Shown: positions 53,140 to 62,801, numbered from the stretch's first letter. The stretch: DNA of 64,000 nt from a virus (IMGVR_UViG_3300027806_000037:1-64000), one strand, 5' to 3'. Program-made: numbers and translations. The notes: a model not told the origin generated them from the sequence alone.

Positions 53140-53556
53140 ATGATTACACATACAGCACAAGCAACAAACGCAATCAAATGGATTGATGCTCTTAAAGGGG
53201 GGAAGAGAGGATATAAAAAGGGAATATTCTCCCTTGGACAAAAAGTTAACCATAATACTAATGAACCACAATCTTATTGTTGTCTCGGTGTTGGTTGCAA
53301 GGTATTGAATGTGAAGGTTGATGATTGGGGTGTCTCATATGATGAGACCTTTACTAAGTTGGTTGGACTATATAATAACGAGGGTTATCTAAATAATAAA
53401 GTGATTGACTTTAATGACTGTCTTACCGGAATAAACGATTTTGTTTATAGCGGTGATAAAACCTTCACCAATATCAGAAAGTTCATTCTAAAGCATCTTG
53501 ATGATATCTTTATCCCCCCTGTCGCAAGTAAACTTAAACAACATTATGGGAAATGA
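53140..53556 (+). CDS. hypothetical protein
   Basis: 138-aa ORF. Confidence 0.5.
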   Translation: MITHTAQATNAIKWIDALKGGKRGYKKGIFSLGQKVNHNTNEPQSYCCLGVGCKVLNVKVDDWGVSYDETFTKLVGLYNNEGYLNNKVIDFNDCLTGINDFVYSGDKTFTNIRKFILKHLDDIFIPPVASKLKQHYGK

Positions 53557-53915
53557 ATAATCCTTGGTTTGAAAAATCAGATGATGGAACTTCTTGGGTC
53601 TTTACCGTAAGTGGTAAGGATGATGACCCAAACAATTTTCATGCTGAAGAACTTGATATGCTCTTTAAGTTTGGACCTAAATACTTTAGGGAGAACATCA
53701 CAAAAATTGTTCTTGAATATGATGGAGAATGTGAGTTTCATTTTAAGGATGATACACCATCGGTTTCCACAGCGTTCAGGGGGAAAAGTTATATCTTCTT
53801 GGAAGCGGTTGGTCTAATGTGTCTTGGTATGGTTATTAGATTCTCCGAAGCACAAAATAATCACCCACCTGAAGTTGTTAAATGGTTTAATAAGTTTCTT
53901 GATTATAGAAAATAA
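53553..53915 (+). CDS. hypothetical protein
   Basis: 120-aa ORF. Confidence 0.5.
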   Translation: MNNPWFEKSDDGTSWVFTVSGKDDDPNNFHAEELDMLFKFGPKYFRENITKIVLEYDGECEFHFKDDTPSVSTAFRGKSYIFLEAVGLMCLGMVIRFSEAQNNHPPEVVKWFNKFLDYRK

Positions 53916-53962
53916 ATTTGGATATATGAAATGAAATGCTTATCTTTGTAATGTCATGACGA

Positions 53963-54032
53963 GGGGGAGAATGATTCGGGTGAGGTTAAAAGGGTTTCTT
54001 TCTAATTAAACAAGTTGTTACCCCCCGAATCA
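53963..54032. repeat. long hairpin AATGATTCGGG...CCCCGAATCATT (11-12 bp stem, about 40-nt loop)
   Basis: seen directly. Confidence 0.5.
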
Positions 54033-54058
54033 TTTGAACCCATAATAAATAAAATAAC

Positions 54059-54175
54059 ATGGTACTACTTATTCTTCTCGCTGCTCTTACTGTTGGATTC
54101 GCTTCCCTTATGGAAGAGCATGGTATGCTTAAACGAAATGATGATAATGAACCACCACCGATGACAATTTGGTAA
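54059..54175 (+). CDS. small membrane peptide (38 aa, not in track)
   Basis: MVLLILLAALTVGFASLMEEHG... Confidence 0.25.
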   Translation: MVLLILLAALTVGFASLMEEHGMLKRNDDNEPPPMTIW

Positions 54176-54496
54176 AGCAAATATCATCCCCCATCTAATG
54201 TGGGGTCTCTATATGGGGATAATGGGGGTATAACACCCCCCTCCCCCTCCGTATCCCCTCCATATAGGGGGTTTTTTGACGGTTTTGGGGGGGATAATCC
54301 CAAACATAAAATCCTCAGAAAAATTTTTGGGAAATTTTTTGTAAAAATGACCTCCCCCTTTCTTAATCTATTTCTTTATTCTAAAACATGACCCCTTCTT
54401 ATAAGGAAGGGTAAAATCTATTTTAGAATTTTTGGAAAATTTTTTGGAAAAATGAATTTTATCATATATCTTTACAATCCTTAAATCAAAAAAGAA

Positions 54497-55144
54497 ATGA
54501 AAAAAAGAGAATTTACCAAAAGAGAACAAAATCGAATAGCGAAAAGGGAGTGGGAAAAATCCCAAAGAAACGCTATATTAAAAAATATTAATAACCTCTT
54601 AGGTAAGAAAAGAGAATTCTCTCATCCATATGTGGGTACTATAACAATATACAATAATTGTTTAGCATACGAAAATTGTAACTTCTCCAACGGATATAAA
54701 GGAAAATTAATTTTTAAGAAAGAATTTGTTGAATTGCTTGAAACGAAATATGGTAAGGATGCACATCTCCAAATAACAGACATTGGGGGTTCCGTCTCAT
54801 TTTTTGGAATAGGTAATTTGGAATATGACCAATTTGATTTTATTACTAAAAACTTTAATAACAATATTAAATTAATAGAGAATATATGTTTCATCAAAGA
54901 AAATGCTTATACAAATAATTATGGGGAAACAATTAATATGAATAAAACCCAAGATGGGGATGTTTATTTTAAGCATGGGGATTCTCATAATAAAATTATT
55001 AAGTTTGATGATTTGTTAAAGACTAATCCTCTAAAATTAGCAGCTATTCTAAATTTGTGGGAAAAGAAATCTGTATGTGGTTTATTATTCGGAACAAAAT
55101 ATGGTTATCTTATTCGATATATTATGAATCAATCTCCATATTGA
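54497..55144 (+). CDS. hypothetical protein, tandem paralog 1
   Basis: C-terminal half (YGETINMNKTQDGDVYFKHGDSHNKIIKFDDL ... KKSVCGLLFGTKYGYLIRYIMNQSPY) homologous to the next gene. Confidence 0.5.
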   Translation: MKKREFTKREQNRIAKREWEKSQRNAILKNINNLLGKKREFSHPYVGTITIYNNCLAYENCNFSNGYKGKLIFKKEFVELLETKYGKDAHLQITDIGGSVSFFGIGNLEYDQFDFITKNFNNNIKLIENICFIKENAYTNNYGETINMNKTQDGDVYFKHGDSHNKIIKFDDLLKTNPLKLAAILNLWEKKSVCGLLFGTKYGYLIRYIMNQSPY

Positions 55145-55260
55145 CCCTCCCCCATTTAAATAAATGAGGAGGTCATATGTTTAAAAGAATTTTTGGGAAA
55201 AATTTTGAATATTGGATTCTTCTCCCTACCTTTGTACCCAACAAAATAAACCTTATAAAA

Positions 55261-55575
55261 ATGAACTACAACTCGGAAATTAATTTTGCTAATAAAACCA
55301 ATTTTAATATTGTCAGGAAAGATGCTTATGCAAATAAGTATGGGGAAACGATTGACATGATTGAAACCCAAGATGGGGATGTTTATTTTAAGCATGAGGA
55401 TTTTCATAATCAATTTATTAAATTTGATGATTTGGTTAAGGGGGGTGAATTTAGGGATAACATTAAATTGATTATTATTATGAATCTTGAGGAAAAGAAA
55501 TTTGTATGTAATTTCTTAATGGGTACAAAATATGAATATCTTATTCCCCACATTATGAATCAATCTCCATATTGA
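55261..55575 (+). CDS. hypothetical protein, tandem paralog 2
   Basis: YGETIDMIETQDGDVYFKHEDFHNQFIKFDDL ... KKFVCNFLMGTKYEYLIPHIMNQSPY. Confidence 0.5.
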   Translation: MNYNSEINFANKTNFNIVRKDAYANKYGETIDMIETQDGDVYFKHEDFHNQFIKFDDLVKGGEFRDNIKLIIIMNLEEKKFVCNFLMGTKYEYLIPHIMNQSPY

Positions 55576-55678
55576 CCCCCTTAAGATAAATAAGGGTCAA
55601 AATGTGAAAAAGAATTTTTGGGAAATTCAAAACTTTTCCTTACCTTTGTATCAACAAACAATTTAAACAAAATAAACT

Positions 55679-56224
55679 ATGATGAATCTTTTTGAAAAAC
55701 TAACAAACAAACCCGTCACCGAATATGTTATCAGTTATTTGGATAATGTTGCGGATAAGAAAAAAAGGTTTAGAACCCCATCCGCTTTGAGGGAATTTTT
55801 GAAATCCAAAAAGTTTATTCGCGCCAAAACAATGGTTGAAGATAATAATCTATATGTTATCTATACCACATTAAATAAAGAAGGTTTCACGATTAAGTCC
55901 TCCGAATATTTTGATATTTCAAAGTATGAAAAGGAAATTAAGAATCAATTGGAGTTGTTTAATAATAAGTTGAAGTTCCAAATTGCTGAAAGCACCGATG
56001 AATATATTATCTTTAAGCTTCCCCTCAGAGTGGTTAGCACACCAACCATTCAGAATTCCGCTCCCGCTGTTGTTAATGGTAGCAGAACAAATAAGTTAAC
56101 CGAAGAAGATATCTTTAATATGAAATATGAATATCATGTTAAAGGGGTTCCAGCAACAAAGCTTGCAAACATCTTTAAGGTTTCATATTCCAAAGCATTA
56201 AAGGTTGTTGGTAGCGAATATTAA
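55679..56224 (+). CDS. hypothetical protein
   Basis: 181-aa ORF. Confidence 0.5.
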   Translation: MMNLFEKLTNKPVTEYVISYLDNVADKKKRFRTPSALREFLKSKKFIRAKTMVEDNNLYVIYTTLNKEGFTIKSSEYFDISKYEKEIKNQLELFNNKLKFQIAESTDEYIIFKLPLRVVSTPTIQNSAPAVVNGSRTNKLTEEDIFNMKYEYHVKGVPATKLANIFKVSYSKALKVVGSEY

Positions 56225-56233
56225 AATTTTAAC

Positions 56234-56401
56234 ATGGAAAATAAATTGCGCTGGTATTATACCGAATATCCGATGTGGAAATTTGTTGCAGACAATGATG
56301 AAGAAGCATTGAATCGAACAAATGCTAAAGTTGTCTATAGGGAAGATGATACTTCTCCCGATGGGATTCCTTTTGTTATTTTGCGAAATATACAAGATTA
56401 A
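56234..56401 (+). CDS. small hypothetical protein (55 aa, not in track)
   Basis: MENKLRWYYTEYPMWKFVADNDEEAL... Confidence 0.3.
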   Translation: MENKLRWYYTEYPMWKFVADNDEEALNRTNAKVVYREDDTSPDGIPFVILRNIQD

Positions 56402-56706
56402 TCATCAAAATCCGATGTAATGTTATTATCGGGTTCATAGAATAATTTGGTTGATTGAATCTTAGAATATTTTCTTACAACTTTTTCCGTGGGTTTTGGT
56501 TCTTTGTGAAATAATTCTTTTGGAATTTTCCCCAATTTTTGTTTGAAGAATAAATCATCATCCCAATCTTTCATGGAATATTTTTGCTCCAACGCTTCAC
56601 AAGCTTGTTTGCATTCATCTTCTGATGAAAATGTTCCAACAATTATGGTTTGTTCAATAACCCAATTATTATCTTTTTTAACCGGGGTAAATGTGATTCT
56701 TTTCAT
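56398..56706 (-). CDS. hypothetical protein (minus strand)
   Basis: internal ATG (MKRITFTPVKK) of track ORF 56398..56739; convergent with the + gene. Confidence 0.4.
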   Translation of the reverse strand: MKRITFTPVKKDNNWVIEQTIIVGTFSSEDECKQACEALEQKYSMKDWDDDLFFKQKLGKIPKELFHKEPKPTEKVVRKYSKIQSTKLFYEPDNNITSDFDD

Positions 56707-56777
56707 TATTTTTAATAAAAACTTAAAAAAGTTTTGCATAAAATCAATTCATTTCATATCTTTACAAAAAAAAAGAA

Positions 56778-57035
56778 ATGAACTTTACAGCTTATGATTT
56801 ACCAGATTGGATTAAAGTGGAACTACTTAATATTCATCGTGAATATGAAGTTAGACGATTGAAAACAAATCCAATTAAAATTGAAGCGTATGCTATTGAT
56901 GATGTAACGATTGAATATATTGTTAAGTATAATAGTTGGGCGGATGAGACTTATCGTATTGAGTTAGGTCTTAATTATAAATTATATCCTGAGCAATTTA
57001 AATTGCTTTATGATAATGGATTTCAAATTATTTAA
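56778..57035 (+). CDS. hypothetical protein
   Basis: 85-aa ORF. Confidence 0.45.
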   Translation: MNFTAYDLPDWIKVELLNIHREYEVRRLKTNPIKIEAYAIDDVTIEYIVKYNSWADETYRIELGLNYKLYPEQFKLLYDNGFQII

Positions 57036-57053
57036 CCTATAACATTTTTAAAA

Positions 57054-57272
57054 ATGAAATTATTTTCGGTTCAGAAAATTAAAAATTTCCATCCGATTAA
57101 AGGATATTGTGTTATTGAAACTTGTTTAGATGAAAACAAGTCACGTATTGTATTTTCAGGTTCAATTACGGATTGTTCTTCGTTTATTTCATTAAGTCAT
57201 TTAATGACGGATAAATTCTCAGAAGAGGAATTATTAAAAATGTATAAATTTGGTGAATCCATAAACCGATAA
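57054..57272 (+). CDS. hypothetical protein
   Basis: 72-aa ORF. Confidence 0.4.
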   Translation: MKLFSVQKIKNFHPIKGYCVIETCLDENKSRIVFSGSITDCSSFISLSHLMTDKFSEEELLKMYKFGESINR

Positions 57273-57301
57273 TTTTTTCATATTGAATCATATTTATTAT
57301 T

Positions 57302-57976
57302 ATGATTCAATTGGTTAATACATTAAAAACTGTCATTTCAGATAATATTTTGCTTAAAGAGCAAAATGACAATTCATCCAAGGTTGATGAATATATGACC
57401 AATTTTTTATCCAATCTAACAAAGATTAAAGATTCTGATGGTTTTATTTATGCAACCAAAGATAATAAAAATCTTGTTATTATTGAGGATGCTGATTATT
57501 TATATATTAATAAAAAATTCTATGATGATTTTCCAGATTTTGTTAAAGATGGTTTTGGGGGTTGGGTATATAAACTTTGGAAAAAGTATGGTATTCACGA
57601 ATTCCCCGGATCAAAAAATGTTTTATATTATTTAAAGATAAGAAAACCGGTAAATACATATTTAACATTGACATTCCAAGATTTGGAGGTTTATAAAGAG
57701 GATGATGAAATTCATTTTATTAATATAAAAGAAAATAGAACGGTTGTTATATTATTGAATAATGAGGCATGGATTGATGGAAATATTTATGACAATTTAG
57801 CATCGGTTCTTAGTCTTAATGAAGATTATCAAAAAAGAATTGCTTTTATAAATTGGTTTTATGATGTTTATAACTTTAATGTTGATTCAGTCAAAAAAAT
57901 GATATCTGGACCCGCAGATGAGATTATATATCAAGGAGAAAAAATTGGTCTGGTTAAAGATAAAATTAATAATTAA
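57302..57976 (+). CDS. hypothetical protein
   Basis: 224-aa ORF. Confidence 0.5.
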   Translation: MIQLVNTLKTVISDNILLKEQNDNSSKVDEYMTNFLSNLTKIKDSDGFIYATKDNKNLVIIEDADYLYINKKFYDDFPDFVKDGFGGWVYKLWKKYGIHEFPGSKNVLYYLKIRKPVNTYLTLTFQDLEVYKEDDEIHFINIKENRTVVILLNNEAWIDGNIYDNLASVLSLNEDYQKRIAFINWFYDVYNFNVDSVKKMISGPADEIIYQGEKIGLVKDKINN

Positions 57977-57982
57977 TATTAA

Positions 57983-58228
57983 ATGAGATTAAGTGAATCA
58001 GATATTCGCAGAATTGTAAATAAGGTTCTTAATGAGCAATATGACCCAGAAAGAATTTATGATAGAGCATATATCATAAATCGTCTAAAGAACGGTCCAA
58101 GAGAACTTAAAAAATACATAAAAGAGCTTCCTATTATTGGTTGTTGGGACTCTATGGGTAATCCACAAACATGCACAAAAATTCCTGAGGTAATATATGT
58201 TTATCTAACTGGTAGATATTTATCATAA
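57983..58228 (+). CDS. hypothetical protein, N-terminus paralogous to the next gene
   Basis: RLSESDIRRIVNKVLNEQYD vs RLTESDLIKLVKRIINEQYD. Confidence 0.45.
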   Translation: MRLSESDIRRIVNKVLNEQYDPERIYDRAYIINRLKNGPRELKKYIKELPIIGCWDSMGNPQTCTKIPEVIYVYLTGRYLS

Positions 58229-58240
58229 AATAAGGGTACG

Positions 58241-58615
58241 ATGAAAAAAGTAATAAGATTAACAGAATCAGATTTAATTAAATTAGTTAAAAGAATTATT
58301 AATGAACAATATGATGATGAATCGATTGCATCACAAATTGTAAATAAATTACTTGAAGCTGGAATGCCCGACCAATATGCGGATAATGCTTTGGTTGATT
58401 TAATTGAAATTGAGCAGACTAACGACAATAAGGAAAGAAGACAGTTGGTTAGTGATTTTAGGTCGGAAATCAATAGAATTTTAGATAAGTTTGGTGTTGG
58501 TAGAAATATAACCAATCCTGAAGAGATGAGAGCATTTGAGAGAAAAATTAGGACTGTCGATATTTTATTGAGTAATTTATATAGGAAAATAGATTCTGAA
58601 ATTAGTTTAAATTAA
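58241..58615 (+). CDS. hypothetical protein
   Basis: 124-aa ORF. Confidence 0.45.
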   Translation: MKKVIRLTESDLIKLVKRIINEQYDDESIASQIVNKLLEAGMPDQYADNALVDLIEIEQTNDNKERRQLVSDFRSEINRILDKFGVGRNITNPEEMRAFERKIRTVDILLSNLYRKIDSEISLN

Positions 58616-58673
58616 ATTTGGTAATTTCGTTTTTCCTATCTATCTTTGCGCTGAACAATTAATTTATATAAAA

Positions 58674-58892
58674 ATGAAAAAAGTAATTCTTTCGGTACTC
58701 ACAGTTGTTGCAATGGTTTCTTGCGGTAAGAAACATGACGAGGTTTCACCAAGTGAAGCTAAAAAAGAAGATAGTCTTACGGTTATTGTCGATGGAAAAA
58801 TCGGTAGAATCCAACGAGACACCCTTTATGGTGTTAATGAAGAAGTTGGTGATTTTTATATGGTTATTGAAGAAAGAATTGTTTTCGAATAA
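58674..58892 (+). CDS. lipoprotein
   Basis: MKKVILSVLTVVAMVSC lipobox. Confidence 0.5.
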   Translation: MKKVILSVLTVVAMVSCGKKHDEVSPSEAKKEDSLTVIVDGKIGRIQRDTLYGVNEEVGDFYMVIEERIVFE

Positions 58893-59441
58893 TTACTTTC
58901 TTTGGTATGTTGGTTTCATCCCACCAATTTTTTCAATAGGTTTAACAATTGTTGGTTGTTGACTCGTTTTTGTTCTACGATTTATTAATTTTATTTGATA
59001 ATCTAAATACGCATCAACTGTATTCGTACCTAAGTTACCATCAACAAAATCTCTTTCTTGACCAGAACTATCTTTAAATTTTAAAGGTAAACCAGCAAGT
59101 TTCACTAAATCAGTTTGTAATGCTTTAATAGCTTCAACTGAAATATTTGATTTTTTTGCTAATTCTGTTAATTGATTCATTGTATATTTTTTTAAATCCG
59201 CTTTAGCTCTTTGTAATTCTTCGATATGCTCATCAGATGTTTTATCAGACTTATTCGCTGTTGGTGAATATTTAAAAAGTTTAAACGTTTCAGCAATAAA
59301 TTTTGTCGCTGGAACACTTTCTTGACTCATCGTTAAACCTGTGGATGATTGTTCATTTAAATAAAATCTTTTTGTTGCATTTTGGTGCATTTCAAGAATA
59401 TTTTGTCTTTCTTCTTCTGATAAAATAAATAAATTTTTCAT
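58893..59441 (-). CDS. hypothetical protein (minus strand)
   Basis: 182-aa ORF, no competing + ORF. Confidence 0.5.
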   Translation of the reverse strand: MKNLFILSEEERQNILEMHQNATKRFYLNEQSSTGLTMSQESVPATKFIAETFKLFKYSPTANKSDKTSDEHIEELQRAKADLKKYTMNQLTELAKKSNISVEAIKALQTDLVKLAGLPLKFKDSSGQERDFVDGNLGTNTVDAYLDYQIKLINRRTKTSQQPTIVKPIEKIGGMKPTYQRK

Positions 59442-59507
59442 TTTTTCTTTTTTATATAAATATATGAAGAACAGTATTTTGACTATATTTATATAAAAAT
59501 CATACTG

Positions 59508-61466
59508 ATGAAACTATCGACAATTCTTATTAATGAGGATTTTAAAACTCAATTTAAAAAATTCACTGAAAAAGACGGTGTGGATAAAGATACCGTTAAT
59601 TATTATTTCAAATATTTTAAAAAAATAAAAAGCAAATATCCCAAAGCGTTTGAGATGGGGGGTATTAATATTTCAATACCACCAGAAAAACGAAAAGATA
59701 TTGATAACTACCAAACATTTAAGGAATTAGAACAAGTTGTTGATTATTTGCGAGGCCAAGTCGATATTGAGGATGATGCTGCTGTTAGTGTATCTGGAGA
59801 TACAACAATATATGAAGATGATAATTTAAAAATATCTAAAGGTACATCACCACAATCTTGTGTGTCAATAAGACAAGCTGGAAGCGAAGGAAAAAATATT
59901 AGTTGGTGTGTTGCTAGAACAACAGATAGTTTATATTATAGGTATAGACTAGGAAGTAATGAAGGTACGTTTTATTTTGTGAAAAACAAAAATAAAAACA
60001 AATCAGATAAATATTTCTTTTTTGTTATACAGGTAACAAATACCGGTGGTTACATTGTTACATCAGCGGAGAATGATGGTGATAAACCAATGTCTTGGGA
60101 AGAAATTATTAAAATTGAGCCACTATTAGCAAATTTAAAAGAAATTTTCAAACACGATAAAGTTAAACCAGAAGAAAGAGAAGCACAAGGATTGGATAAG
60201 GTGAATAACTCAACCTATCCTTCTCTTACATATAATCAAAAGAAAAAATACATTGAGGGTTTGAGAAAACTTTCAGATTCTATGTTCAAAGTAACACCAA
60301 TTGAATTATTGGAATATTATGTTAATTTAAATGCTCATTTATTAAGTACAAATCAAATTATTTTCTTAGAGGAAAGGAATCCAAAACTTTTAAAAAGATA
60401 TTATGTTTTATTAAATAGAAAAATAGAAAATAATGAATTTTTAAAAGATTTAAAAAAATTAGATGATGATAATAGCTATGAAATTGATTTGGATAAATAT
60501 AAGGGGGGCGATTTAATTACTTCTGTTAGTTTAGGTCGATATTCAAATACGATTGAGCTTGATGTTAAAGATATGGATGATGTTTACAGTGCTGCGGATA
60601 TAGAACCAGACCAACTCAATTACATTAAAACTGTGGCGGCTGGATACAATGATGTTGATTGGGATAGATATCAATTAAGTAGTATGTGGTCATTTTTTGA
60701 CACTGAAACAGAAGATTTAATGATTAAACTCTTAACTTTTGTTGGTGTTCCAGAAAAAGATATCGATACTATTGATAGAGAAGGAAAATTAGAGGAAATA
60801 TTAAAAAAATTTGATTTTGATGATAAAATTTTTGAAGCGTTCATGTCTGAACATGCTAGTGCGGAAGAAAGAGCGCGAGAAGAAGCGGCAAAAGAAATGT
60901 TAAAAGCATATAATGAATTGCCATTAGAGTTTAATGGTGGTAGATATGCGACGATAGATATCACAGATATTAATGATTTTATTTCTGCAATAATATCAAT
61001 AGACCCGACAATATCAAATTTTGAAGATGCGGTAATTAAGCTTTTAGAATCGGCGGATTTAGGTGGAGATTTATATGACTTACAAGAGTATAATTATTAT
61101 GATTCTACTGAACTAAATACTGAAATGAGGCGTGTAATCGAGAATATAATTGAGGATGTTGAATCTGAAGGTTACGGCGAATATTTTGGAAAAATTGCTG
61201 ACGTTTTGGATAAATTAGGTTTTAAAAATGATAAAATCAGTAATGAAATAGTAGAAATAACAATTGAAGATAAATTTCCAGATTATGATAAGGGATTTTC
61301 AGAAGAACTATTTAAAGACCCAATAATTAAAATTAGATTAGTTAATAAAAAAACAAATAAAACTGAAGTTGGTAATATTAAATTATCATCATTACCTAAT
61401 TATGTTCAAAATTATCAACTATTTGAGCAAACGAACAGAATTAAAAAAATGATGACTATAATCTAA
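59508..61466 (+). CDS. large hypothetical protein (652 aa), acidic C-terminal half
   Basis: long uninterrupted ORF. Confidence 0.55.
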   Translation: MKLSTILINEDFKTQFKKFTEKDGVDKDTVNYYFKYFKKIKSKYPKAFEMGGINISIPPEKRKDIDNYQTFKELEQVVDYLRGQVDIEDDAAVSVSGDTTIYEDDNLKISKGTSPQSCVSIRQAGSEGKNISWCVARTTDSLYYRYRLGSNEGTFYFVKNKNKNKSDKYFFFVIQVTNTGGYIVTSAENDGDKPMSWEEIIKIEPLLANLKEIFKHDKVKPEEREAQGLDKVNNSTYPSLTYNQKKKYIEGLRKLSDSMFKVTPIELLEYYVNLNAHLLSTNQIIFLEERNPKLLKRYYVLLNRKIENNEFLKDLKKLDDDNSYEIDLDKYKGGDLITSVSLGRYSNTIELDVKDMDDVYSAADIEPDQLNYIKTVAAGYNDVDWDRYQLSSMWSFFDTETEDLMIKLLTFVGVPEKDIDTIDREGKLEEILKKFDFDDKIFEAFMSEHASAEERAREEAAKEMLKAYNELPLEFNGGRYATIDITDINDFISAIISIDPTISNFEDAVIKLLESADLGGDLYDLQEYNYYDSTELNTEMRRVIENIIEDVESEGYGEYFGKIADVLDKLGFKNDKISNEIVEITIEDKFPDYDKGFSEELFKDPIIKIRLVNKKTNKTEVGNIKLSSLPNYVQNYQLFEQTNRIKKMMTII

Positions 61467-61656
61467 TAAATTTAAACCAAAATCTTTCGTGTAAGAAGTA
61501 AATTAAAGGTTTAATTATTAATTCAATAAAACTCATTGTTGCGCCGATTTTAAAATCACCGGTGGCTAAATATCCAATAGTAAAGGTAAAAATGGAACCA
61601 ATTAATCTATAGGAAATTGTTTTAAGGATATGTCTGAGTAATGATTTATCTTTCAT
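61456..61656 (-). CDS. small membrane protein
   Basis: 66 aa, two hydrophobic helices. Confidence 0.4.
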   Translation of the reverse strand: MKDKSLLRHILKTISYRLIGSIFTFTIGYLATGDFKIGATMSFIELIIKPLIYFLHERFWFKFIRL

Positions 61657-62048
61657 AATTTACCTTCATTTTTCATTTCTTCTCTAATTTTTGTTGCTGA
61701 AATATCATGTATTTCTTGAGGTGGAATATGCTCAATTATATCATATCCAACACCTCTACCATAATTTATTGATTCAATATCTGGTATCACTATAATTTCT
61801 AATCTACCGTCCGAAATTAAATCCGATAGTTCAGATTTTAAATTATTAACAACCCATTCAGTACTAAAAGGATTTTTTTCATCAACAGCAACATCACGAA
61901 CACATAATAAAACATTTTTACCATCATTTAATTGTTGGTCGATTAACCATCGATGTCCTTTGTGCCAAGGTTGCCATCTTCCAACAAACATGGAATATTT
62001 TTTATCATTTGATGATGATGTATTACCTTTTGCGATATAGTTTTTCAT
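61653..62048 (-). CDS. nucleotidyltransferase of the NadM/NadR NMN adenylyltransferase type
   Basis: FVGRWQPWHKGHRWLI matches the G-R-F-Q-P-x-H-x-G-H signature. Confidence 0.55.
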   Translation of the reverse strand: MKNYIAKGNTSSSNDKKYSMFVGRWQPWHKGHRWLIDQQLNDGKNVLLCVRDVAVDEKNPFSTEWVVNNLKSELSDLISDGRLEIIVIPDIESINYGRGVGYDIIEHIPPQEIHDISATKIREEMKNEGKL

Positions 62049-62476
62049 CTATTTAATTTATTTAAAAGTTCATGAAAAGTTTCTTCTATTGACTTATTTG
62101 TTGTATCGATATCTATGTAATTTTCGGTCGGTGATTCATAATCAATTACATGATATTGTTCTCTACCTCTTACCTCATTACAATGAACGTAAATCTCAAT
62201 AACATTGTTTTTAATTTCATTCCTAATTTCTTTATATGGTGCAACTAATGATAAAATAACATCATGGTTTAGATTATCTAAATATATTGCTATATTTTGT
62301 GCTGTTCTTATATTTTGAATTCTGCCGGTTTTTTCGTAATTTTGATTATTAAATAATTTTCTAATATCATCACCATCAATATGGAAAACAGAATTAAATT
62401 TGGATAAATAATCTTTTAATTTAATTGCTAATGTGGTTTTACCATGTCCGGGTTGTCCTGTAAAATAGTATATCAT
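62045..62476 (-). CDS. P-loop kinase (APS-kinase/ribosylnicotinamide-kinase-like fold)
   Basis: MIYYFTGQPGHGKTTLA Walker A; internal ATG start of track ORF 62045..62515. Confidence 0.5.
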   Translation of the reverse strand: MIYYFTGQPGHGKTTLAIKLKDYLSKFNSVFHIDGDDIRKLFNNQNYEKTGRIQNIRTAQNIAIYLDNLNHDVILSLVAPYKEIRNEIKNNVIEIYVHCNEVRGREQYHVIDYESPTENYIDIDTTNKSIEETFHELLNKLNR

Positions 62477-62496
62477 TTTTATAAAAAAAATACAAC

Positions 62497-62778
62497 ATGA
62501 AAAACATAAAGTCAATCTTTAAAAATAACACACATTTAATGGATGAGCCTGAAGTTCAAGAACTTATTGATTATTGTGATGAATTAGAATCACAATTGAT
62601 AGATGTTAAGCAGAGTGAGCAATTCTCAAAGGAAGATATCTTTAAAGAAATGATTCGTGAAATTTTGGTTGGTTGTGATGAAATTTTAGAAGGGCAAGAT
62701 ATCGATTATAAAAAAATGATTGAAAACCTTAAATTCTATATAAAAACAAATTGTGAGGAGTATAATATAAGATTATGA
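62497..62778 (+). CDS. hypothetical acidic protein
   Basis: 93-aa ORF. Confidence 0.45.
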   Translation: MKNIKSIFKNNTHLMDEPEVQELIDYCDELESQLIDVKQSEQFSKEDIFKEMIREILVGCDEILEGQDIDYKKMIENLKFYIKTNCEEYNIRL

Positions 62779-62801
62779 TATATTTATTATAAAAAACTTC
62801 G

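Noticed and set aside
54200-54565. Track ORFs 54200..54391 (+) and 54368..54565 (-) in the G/C-run spacer
   Set aside because: The amino-acid strings are dominated by G, P and F from homopolymer runs, and there is no promoter. Treated as non-coding repeat DNA.
815-62000. Most minus-strand track ORFs embedded in + genes (e.g. 815..1003, 6321..6524, 6893..7226, 13461..13951, 17646..18002, 19531..19887, 29743..30462, 30565..31073, 37151..37624, 42937..43212, 43782..44078, 60671..60964)
   Set aside because: They lack promoters of the conserved type, overlap well-supported + strand genes and have low-complexity F/I/L-rich translations typical of antisense AT-rich DNA.
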